DNA of 20,335 nucleotides. Source: Candidatus Thorarchaeota archaeon SMTZ1-45 (lineage in GTDB: Archaea > Asgardarchaeota > Thorarchaeia > Thorarchaeales > Thorarchaeaceae). The stretch spans positions 1 to 20,335 of the forward strand of contig LRSL01000049.1 of NCBI GenBank assembly GCA_001563335.1. Direction: 5' to 3'. Of the stretch, positions 7,271-14,446 are shown one piece after another. The translations under genes were made by a program, and so were the position numbers. The notes under the pieces are model-generated. The model was given only the letters and a program-made list of their open reading frames with translations. It was not told where the DNA came from and searched no databases. Numbering within the stretch: position 1 is the first letter of the stretch; each line of letters opens with the position of its first letter.

Positions 7271-8872
7271 TTGAGTAGATTGAAGAAACGCATAGTAATC
7301 TTTGAACCATCAGGTCTACGCATATCTGTTAGTCAAGAAAGTTCATTTCTTGAAGCTGTTAGGTCGGTTGGACTTCATCTGCCTTCCGATTGTGGAGGTG
7401 GAGGCACATGCGGTAAGTGCTCTATTGTTCTTCGACCTGCTCCTGAACCTACATCTATAGATGAGAAATATCTATCCTCAAACCACTTGGCACAAGGATT
7501 TCGTTTAGCATGTCAACACCGTGTAAAGTTTGATACACGAGCAGTCATACCAGAGCCCCGAAGAAAGGCCAAGATACTCATTGATGGCCTCTCTCGACTA
7601 GAATCATGGGAACCTGATTCAGGATACGAGGGGCAATTTGGAATTGCTATCGATTTGGGAACAACAACGATTGTGGCATATCTCCTTGCATTAGACTCGG
7701 GTATACAAGTAAGTCAATTAGCTTCACTGAATCCACAGGTTATCTTTGGTGAGGATGTTATTTCTAGGATAACACATGCAGTGCGAGAGGAGCATGGCAG
7801 TTCTGATTTAAAGAACAAGGTAGTAGAAGAGATTGATTCATTGATTGAGTCTCTTGTAGATGTTTCTAAAATTATCTTGGAAAGAATAAGCAGGATTAGT
7901 ATTGTTGGAAACACAGCAATGCACCACCTGTTACTAGGTGCTGATGTCAAATCGCTAGGTGTTTCACCCTATGAGCCAACAATTCGAGAATCGATTGTCA
8001 CCTCAAGTTCTGAATTGGGTCTTAATTCTAAACACAATATAGAGATTTATCTCCCGCCCAATATTGCGGGATTTGTAGGGGGAGATACTGTAGGTTTCAT
8101 TCTTTCTCAAAGGTTAGATTTGACGGAACAAATCATTGTAGGAATTGATATTGGAACAAACGGAGAGATTGTCCTATCGAATCGGGGTGATTTATCTTGT
8201 TGTTCAGCAGCAGCAGGACCAGCATTTGAAGGAGCAACAATTCGATATGGAATGAGGGGGCAGGATGGCGCTATCGAGCATGTCGCAATTGAAGATCTAG
8301 AAAAACCTCCAGAGATAACAGTGATTGGAGATGTCACACCTCGGGGTATCTGCGGTTCAGCAATCGTGGATACTGTTTCAGAAATGAGGAGAATGGGCAT
8401 CATAGATAAATCGGGCAGACTGCAGAAAATTTCGTCAAGGATATCTGAAGATGGAGATTTTGGACTAAGTTACTTACTTGTGGAGGTACCATCTAAATCA
8501 CTCAAAATATCATTCAACCAGAAAGATGTGAGACAAGTTCAGCTAGCGAAAGCTGCAATTAATTCTGGAGTAAGCCTACTTCTGCAGGAGGCTGATATCA
8601 GGGTCAAAGAAATAGATTCAGTAATGCTTGCTGGTGCATTTGGGAGTTATATCAGACCCGAGAGTGCTCTTGGAATTGGATTGTTGCCTCCAGTTGATAA
8701 AGAGCTAATTGGTCAGGTTGGTAACGCCGCTGGTGAAGGAGCCAAAGCTCTTCTATTATCCTCTCAAGCGAGGAAGATTGCTAGTGATTTAGTTTCTAAA
8801 ATCAAGTATATTGAGCTGGCGTCCCACGATGACTTCCAGTCAATATTCCTGAAATCAACATCGTTCCCATAG
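7271..8872 (+). CDS. ATP-dependent reductive activator of corrinoid proteins (RACo/DUF4445 ASKHA ATPase with N-terminal [2Fe-2S] domain)
   Basis: [2Fe-2S] motif CGGGGTCGKC...RLACQ. ASKHA motifs IAIDLGTTT, NPQVIFGEDVISRI, VGNTAMHHL, GFVGGD, IDIGTNGE, AAGPAFEG, GICGS, QKDVRQVQLAKAA, LAGAFGSY and GNAAGEGA. TTG start. Confidence 0.92.
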   Translation: MSRLKKRIVIFEPSGLRISVSQESSFLEAVRSVGLHLPSDCGGGGTCGKCSIVLRPAPEPTSIDEKYLSSNHLAQGFRLACQHRVKFDTRAVIPEPRRKAKILIDGLSRLESWEPDSGYEGQFGIAIDLGTTTIVAYLLALDSGIQVSQLASLNPQVIFGEDVISRITHAVREEHGSSDLKNKVVEEIDSLIESLVDVSKIILERISRISIVGNTAMHHLLLGADVKSLGVSPYEPTIRESIVTSSSELGLNSKHNIEIYLPPNIAGFVGGDTVGFILSQRLDLTEQIIVGIDIGTNGEIVLSNRGDLSCCSAAAGPAFEGATIRYGMRGQDGAIEHVAIEDLEKPPEITVIGDVTPRGICGSAIVDTVSEMRRMGIIDKSGRLQKISSRISEDGDFGLSYLLVEVPSKSLKISFNQKDVRQVQLAKAAINSGVSLLLQEADIRVKEIDSVMLAGAFGSYIRPESALGIGLLPPVDKELIGQVGNAAGEGAKALLLSSQARKIASDLVSKIKYIELASHDDFQSIFLKSTSFP

Positions 8873-8899
8873 GATTCTGTTGGGAGAATAGTAAGTGCT

Positions 8900-9997
8900 T
8901 CATGGATTATGAATATTCCAAATTCCAAGCTCGGAAAAAACCAGGCGCTTAACTTTCTGTATGTTCATTTGAACTATATCCCATGTTTCCTTGTCATCTT
9001 CGAATGGAGGTTTCTGTTTTGGCGGTTCATACTTGTAACCAGAGAGTACAGACATAACAACTCCAATACCCCACTTGAATGATTCATTGGTATAGCCACC
9101 CCCAGCTAAGACTCCAAGCTGTCCTTGACCGAACTTATGAGCCATTCTATGAAAATAGGTTGTAATGTATCGAATCAAATCTGTGGTCAGGTTAAGATGT
9201 GCGAGACGGTCCTTATAATGAGCATCAAAACCAGGCAAGAAGATTATGAACTCTGGTTTGAAGAACTCAACCAAGGGCGGCACAATCTCATCAAAAGCAT
9301 GTCTATAAACTCCATCACAAGAGTCCATTGGAAAATGCATGTTGATATTATATCCACGACCATGGCCCTCGCCAATATCTTCGATAAAACCATCATGAGG
9401 GTACATCCATTCCGGATCCTCATGGAAGGATATTTGCATCACGTGAGGATCGTTGTAGAAATAGGTCTGGGTCCCATTCCCATGATGAACATCAAAGTCA
9501 GCAATCAAAATTCTTTGATATCCTAGATTTTTTAACTCATACGCTGCTGCCGCTACATCATTGAATATACAGAAACCACCACCCCATTCGAATTTGGCAT
9601 GATGGAAACCTCCTGTTGGTGACAGGAAATGGTCTACTTTGCCAGAAGCAACTGCGCGAGCTCCTGTGACTGTTGCACCTGAAGTTATGCTTGCATTCTC
9701 GAAGATACCAAGAAATCCAGGTGTGTCTATAGCAATCTCACCCCGACCAGTTTCAGATATTTTTCGTACAGCTTTCAGATACTCCTTTGCATGGATGGTT
9801 TCTAGAAGTTCTTTGGACAATGGTTCTGGTGTCAGAATTTCGACATTTGGTTGACTGAGAAAACCGTTTTGATCTAAAAAATCATGGACCATCTGGAACC
9901 TCCCCACCTTGATTGGGTGCTTTGTTCCAAAATCAAAGGTTTCTAGACTAGGATTCCAGAGAAAGCCAACCTTGCAAATATCTGGGGACCTCATCAT
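8900..9997 (-). CDS. Zn-dependent histone deacetylase family protein (AcuC/class I-like amidohydrolase)
   Basis: HPIKVGR, GGFHHA, GGFCIFND, DFDVHHGNGT, SFHE, G.G.G.GYNIN, PGFDAHYKD and GGGY. All catalytic and Zn-binding residues are present. Confidence 0.93.
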   Translation of the reverse strand: MMRSPDICKVGFLWNPSLETFDFGTKHPIKVGRFQMVHDFLDQNGFLSQPNVEILTPEPLSKELLETIHAKEYLKAVRKISETGRGEIAIDTPGFLGIFENASITSGATVTGARAVASGKVDHFLSPTGGFHHAKFEWGGGFCIFNDVAAAAYELKNLGYQRILIADFDVHHGNGTQTYFYNDPHVMQISFHEDPEWMYPHDGFIEDIGEGHGRGYNINMHFPMDSCDGVYRHAFDEIVPPLVEFFKPEFIIFLPGFDAHYKDRLAHLNLTTDLIRYITTYFHRMAHKFGQGQLGVLAGGGYTNESFKWGIGVVMSVLSGYKYEPPKQKPPFEDDKETWDIVQMNIQKVKRLVFSELGIWNIHNP

Positions 9998-10063
9998 TTT
10001 GCTCGAAATCTATGCACACTTATATGGCTATGCAACAAGTATCCACAAGGTGCAGGATAGAAA

Positions 10064-11503
10064 TTGAAGATTCGCTCGGTTGCAAGTGTACCTACTTCTG
10101 CGAATGTTTACTCTGTCTATGTTCGTCAGAGAAAGGATGCCAGCACTCAGATCTTTTCTCTCGATTATGGAGATCGTCTTAGAGTCTTCGATGCAAAGGG
10201 AATGCTTCGAAGTGCAAGAAAATGGAGCAGTAAGGTTAGATGTATTGCTGTTGCTGATATTGAGGGAGAGGGCAAGGACTCTCTGGTAGGGGGAGTCGGA
10301 AAAAAGATTCTAGTTGTTGACCATCGAGGAAGTCCGGTTTGGAACATCAGACTTGAGAGCAACATTGTAGCTTGTGATGCTAGAGATATAGATGGGGATG
10401 ATGCAGCTGAGGTTGTTGTAGCACTACAGAACAATCGGGTGATTCTCTATAATGATGACAAAGACACAATTTTCACAAAAACGATGAGAGACCCCGTAGC
10501 TGATGTTTGGTTGGAGGATATCACAAAGGACACAGAATTAGAAGTAGTAGTAGCAGAGATGAGTGGTCTGATTACAGTACTCACAGCAGCAGGATATCAA
10601 TTAAAGGAGCTGCAACTAGGTTCTCGTCTTTCCGTCTTTGCTGTCCTTTCATTCAGTGATAGGATTCTATTCATCACTGGTGACCAGTCACTGACACTAC
10701 GAATTTGGGACATCGATGGAAATGAGATTGCTCGACTAGATGTTGATGACACTCCTAGAGCCATGGCTACTGGAATTCCAGATGATATAGCAGATGTCGC
10801 CTTTCTTGTTGTTAGTACTAAAAACCGAAAGTTGAGTTTCTGGGAAGTTCAAGAATCAGGAAAGGTAACAAGAACTGAGAAAGTAATACTTCAACAGATT
10901 GGTTCCACAAAGACTGTGCTCTATAGAAGAGCTATTAAGTGTGGTAACTGTGGAGCTCCAACCTCCCCCGAAGCGTCAACCTGCTCATCCTGTGGAGCTC
11001 AATTGGAGATGATTGAGGAATATGTAATCGAGGAATACATTCAGGAAAGCATTGACTCGATAACATCAAAACACAACAGGATTAAGCTCAAGGAGTTAGA
11101 TCGAATTCTGCGAAGAACACTGCCCAGGCCAGCTGCATATAACTTACGTCGTAGTCTTCAAGCAATGATTCAGAGTGATGTAATAGATGGGCACATTGAT
11201 GGAAACACATTCGTAAGAACAGAGGATAAGAAGAAGATTCCATCACCTTCAAGAGAAAACATCCAAAGGGTGAAAGGCACTCTTAGAGAACTACTTCGTG
11301 GTACCGATACTCTAAGCGTACGAAGTCTTGAAAAAGAAACAGGAGTCAATCGAAGAATTCTAAGAAGGACACTTATAATTCTCCTCGGTGAGGGCACAAT
11401 TCAGGGCTCATTGTCAGGGGATGATTTCATACTCCAAAAGAATCAGGACATTAATGATTTCGAGAAGAAGCTAGTAGATGAGCTATCTACTTGGAGTAAT
11501 TAG
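10064..11503 (+). CDS. Cytoplasmic multidomain protein: FG-GAP/WD40-like beta-propeller, C4 zinc ribbon, tandem winged-helix (PCI-like) domains
   Basis: Repeats VADIEGEGKDSLV, ARDIDGDDAAEVVV and LEDITKDTELEVVV; a WD-like blade ITGDQSLTLRIWD; zinc ribbon CGNCGAP-x7-CSSCG at 10940-10993; winged-helix-like ends MIQSDVIDGHIDGNTF and LLGEGTIQGSLSGDDF. No signal peptide. TTG start. Confidence 0.7.
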   Translation: MKIRSVASVPTSANVYSVYVRQRKDASTQIFSLDYGDRLRVFDAKGMLRSARKWSSKVRCIAVADIEGEGKDSLVGGVGKKILVVDHRGSPVWNIRLESNIVACDARDIDGDDAAEVVVALQNNRVILYNDDKDTIFTKTMRDPVADVWLEDITKDTELEVVVAEMSGLITVLTAAGYQLKELQLGSRLSVFAVLSFSDRILFITGDQSLTLRIWDIDGNEIARLDVDDTPRAMATGIPDDIADVAFLVVSTKNRKLSFWEVQESGKVTRTEKVILQQIGSTKTVLYRRAIKCGNCGAPTSPEASTCSSCGAQLEMIEEYVIEEYIQESIDSITSKHNRIKLKELDRILRRTLPRPAAYNLRRSLQAMIQSDVIDGHIDGNTFVRTEDKKKIPSPSRENIQRVKGTLRELLRGTDTLSVRSLEKETGVNRRILRRTLIILLGEGTIQGSLSGDDFILQKNQDINDFEKKLVDELSTWSN

Positions 11504-11562
11504 AGAGGATTGGAGATTGTGTTCATGAACAGTAAATCATTCAAAAACGAGGTAAAGGATCC

Positions 11563-14436
11563 ATGAATATCTCAAAACGAATAGTAGTCACATTTGTCAC
11601 TGTCGCGTTGATCCCAATTTTGGTAATTTCTTCATTATCGATTCTCGCGATAAATAATGTATCAAATGCGAATGCTGCTGATGCTGCAGCAGAACTTGAA
11701 GCTGAAGAGCTTGCTAATCTGATGAGGCTCGCTAATGATACAGGTCTCTTCATCGAAGAGAGATGGAAAAACTATGTAGATGGTGTCTACATGATGGAGG
11801 CTTATTGTGAAGACCTGTTCAATGAACGGATAAATGCTACACCACGATATAGCTATTACTGGGATCAGGCGGAGGAGCCTAACTGGGGAGATTTGACCTT
11901 TGAAACGGATCAAGATATTGTCGAAGCATATTTTTCGGAGTTCATCACGTTTGAAACTGATTGTTACTATATGCCTCGGTTTGCTTGGAATAATAACGAC
12001 CCACATGATTTGTCTCCTGGAACACAGTATGCTCTTGATGTTACATCCAACATGGTCAATATCTTCAGAGCCCTTCATGAAATGAATGAAGATTACAGAT
12101 GGTTATACATGGGGTTTGATCTGGGAATCTCAGACCAACATCTATTCAGAAATTACCCGTTTGACAATCTCTCTTATTTCCAACAGGATGATGAAGGTAA
12201 TCTACTACCACCCGAAGATGATTATGATCCCAACGCAGAAGATTGGTATACAAATGTAGTTGCGCAAGATCCGGGGGATGACAGCATTGTTTTCACTGAG
12301 CCATACATTGATCCTTCAGTCGGACTTGTAATATCAATGGGAAGACCGGTTAGGTTTGACGATGAAACATTGATTGGAGTAGTATCTGCAGATGTTACAA
12401 TGGCTACGATTAATGAAAAGGTCCTGAATCTTGAAGTCCTAGATAATGGATATGCGTATCTTCTTGATAGAAACGGTGTTGTTGTCGCTCATCCTGATCT
12501 TGGCGTATTTGATGACCCGCTCCCCATAGAGAATATTGAATTTGGTTCTTCAACTAGTAGTGAAGCAATTGCATTTGGAAATCTGCTCAGCTCCTCAGTG
12601 TTGGTAGATGCATCCGGGCTAGAAGAGTTTCAGAAAGATGGACAAAGGTGGCATATGGCATTCGTCAATGTCACCAACACAGACTATGTCTTGGCAATTG
12701 TAGTTCCTAATTCAGATGTGATTGGTCCAGCTATTGCAATGCTCAACCTTGTGGGAACGCAGACAGTCATTCTCACCATAGCTTTGGGAGCTGTCTTAGC
12801 CATCGTAGCAGGTGTTGTCACAGCTGTCTCATATCGTCGAGCTCACTCAGTCATTGAACCAATCACTGAAATGACTCGTCTTGTGAACAAGATGGCTGGA
12901 CAAGATTTCACTCGAGGAATAACTACAGCTGGTGCAATGTATGAGGAGGTTGGAACAACAGTTGATGCACTCCTTAGTTTCCAAGAAGCTGCAAGGTTCG
13001 GAAATCAAGCCTTTATTCGGGGAGATCTCAACAGGGCATTGGCTAACTATCAGAACCTTTTGGAAATAAGTCGAAGACTTCAGATTGATGTTGGGAGACA
13101 AACCATGCTTCTAAACATTGGTAATGTCTTCAGACAACGTGGCGATACAGGAAATGCAATGGACTATTATGAACAATCTATGGTCATAGCAAAGAACCTA
13201 CTTGAAAAAGCAAAGGAAGAAGGAGCTGATGAGAAAGATGCACTTGTTAGAATTGCATCGCTCTATCATAACATGGCTTTGGTTGAGATGGATCGAGGGC
13301 ATTCAGAAAAATCGATGGCTCTCTTGGAAGATGCAGAAGCAATTGATCGGACTCTGAAGAATCAATATGGATTAGCAAAACGCTTTGACGCTATGGGACT
13401 CGTCATGATGCGAGATGGTCGATATAGTCAAGCTCAATCGCGTTTCGATGAAGCTAAGGAAATTGCTCAATCTATAGACTATCTTAGGAGTATGGCATAT
13501 ATCAACTACCATGAAGGGGAACTTTACCAAGTCCAAGGAAAATGGAAGAAAGCTGAGGATTCATACAACGAGGCAATCTCATTTGGTAATCAGACAGATG
13601 AGCTTTGGCTTGTCGTATTTGCGATGCAACGATTAGCAGATGTACTTGATCAACAGAATAAACCTAGTCATGATGTTCGAAGGAAAGCCGAGAATCTCAG
13701 GCGTTCTATTATGTTCAAGAAGAGCGTTACATTCGTTATTGATTACTCAGGAAGTATGCAGGCTCAGAACAGAATAAGAGCAGCAGTTAATGGAGCTTTA
13801 GAGATTCTCCACAGTCAAGTCAACCCGCAAGATGCTGTATCTGTTATTGTCTTTAACTCATCCTATCGAGAACTTCTTCCTCTAACCTTGAAGGGAGAAC
13901 GCGATGATGACGAGAACCAAATTGTTAGAACTCTGAAATCGTTAAAGTATCCAAACTATGCTACAGCATTCTATGATGCTCTTGGAAGGGCATTGGAGGA
14001 ACTTGAGAAAATAGAGTCAAGTGAACATAGATGGGTAATAGCGCTCACGGATGGACAAGATAATAGCTCCAAGATTTATGCCTTAGACGTTCTTGAGGGC
14101 ATCCTAACAGAAAGCGATCGAACGAAGAGAAAGAAACCACTCACCATCGAGGGTTTCATTCGAGACCATCATTTAGATGTAAATCTAATAATCATTGGAG
14201 TAGGACAAGAACTGAGAGACCGGGCTGATACTGATAGAAGAATAATTTCAAAGAAAACTGGGCAAAATATTACGACTGAGGAATTACTGGAATCAATATG
14301 TGAGAGAGTTCCACAGGGACAATATTTCTCTGTAGTGGACAGCATGAACGTGCGATTAGATATCGAGAGAGCATTTGAAAAAGTGGGAGTCTTGATGGCA
14401 CAGATGGAAGTTGGAGGGACTACTACGGATTACTGA
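11563..14436 (+). CDS. Membrane receptor: TM-dCache_1-TM-HAMP-TPR repeats-vWA (intact MIDAS)
   Basis: TM1 IVVTFVTVALIPILVISSLSILAI; dCache motifs YDPNAEDWY, FTEPYID, GVVSADV and GYAYLLDRNGVVVAHP; TM2 VILTIALGAVLAIVAGVVTAV; HAMP IEPITEM...EEVG; TPRs (LNIGNVFRQRGDTGNAMDYYEQS, YHNMALV, YHEGELYQVQGKWKKA); vWA FVIDYSGSM...TAFYDAL...LTDGQDN. A GAGGT RBS lies at 11549-11553. Confidence 0.88.
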   Translation: MNISKRIVVTFVTVALIPILVISSLSILAINNVSNANAADAAAELEAEELANLMRLANDTGLFIEERWKNYVDGVYMMEAYCEDLFNERINATPRYSYYWDQAEEPNWGDLTFETDQDIVEAYFSEFITFETDCYYMPRFAWNNNDPHDLSPGTQYALDVTSNMVNIFRALHEMNEDYRWLYMGFDLGISDQHLFRNYPFDNLSYFQQDDEGNLLPPEDDYDPNAEDWYTNVVAQDPGDDSIVFTEPYIDPSVGLVISMGRPVRFDDETLIGVVSADVTMATINEKVLNLEVLDNGYAYLLDRNGVVVAHPDLGVFDDPLPIENIEFGSSTSSEAIAFGNLLSSSVLVDASGLEEFQKDGQRWHMAFVNVTNTDYVLAIVVPNSDVIGPAIAMLNLVGTQTVILTIALGAVLAIVAGVVTAVSYRRAHSVIEPITEMTRLVNKMAGQDFTRGITTAGAMYEEVGTTVDALLSFQEAARFGNQAFIRGDLNRALANYQNLLEISRRLQIDVGRQTMLLNIGNVFRQRGDTGNAMDYYEQSMVIAKNLLEKAKEEGADEKDALVRIASLYHNMALVEMDRGHSEKSMALLEDAEAIDRTLKNQYGLAKRFDAMGLVMMRDGRYSQAQSRFDEAKEIAQSIDYLRSMAYINYHEGELYQVQGKWKKAEDSYNEAISFGNQTDELWLVVFAMQRLADVLDQQNKPSHDVRRKAENLRRSIMFKKSVTFVIDYSGSMQAQNRIRAAVNGALEILHSQVNPQDAVSVIVFNSSYRELLPLTLKGERDDDENQIVRTLKSLKYPNYATAFYDALGRALEELEKIESSEHRWVIALTDGQDNSSKIYALDVLEGILTESDRTKRKKPLTIEGFIRDHHLDVNLIIIGVGQELRDRADTDRRIISKKTGQNITTEELLESICERVPQGQYFSVVDSMNVRLDIERAFEKVGVLMAQMEVGGTTTDY

Positions 14437-14437
14437 T

Positions 14438-14445
14438 GGAGGTGA
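14438..14445 (+). promoter_or_regulatory. Strong archaeal Shine-Dalgarno GGAGGTGA coupling the two dCache genes
   Basis: It lies between the TGA stop (14434-14436) of the receptor gene and ATG 14447, which supports 14447 rather than TTG 14411 as the start. Confidence 0.65.
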
Positions 14446-14446
14446 A

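Noticed and set aside
8870-8900. Possible pyrrolysine readthrough of the RACo TAG stop
   Set aside because: The protein ends at the usual family C-terminus (F...FP), and readthrough would run antisense into the HDAC gene.
2223-14436. A functional proteasome-lid-like link among psmA, the PCI-like protein and the TPR-vWA (Rpn10-like) receptor
   Set aside because: psmA is more than 7 kb away, on the other strand and separated by unrelated genes, and no MPN, ubiquitin or AAA+ gene is present. The sequence gives no support beyond domain analogy.
14411-14446. N-terminal extension of the second dCache gene from TTG 14411, or a frameshift fusion of the two dCache genes
   Set aside because: A GGAGGTGA RBS precedes ATG 14447, each gene has its own TM1, and no slippery sequence was seen.
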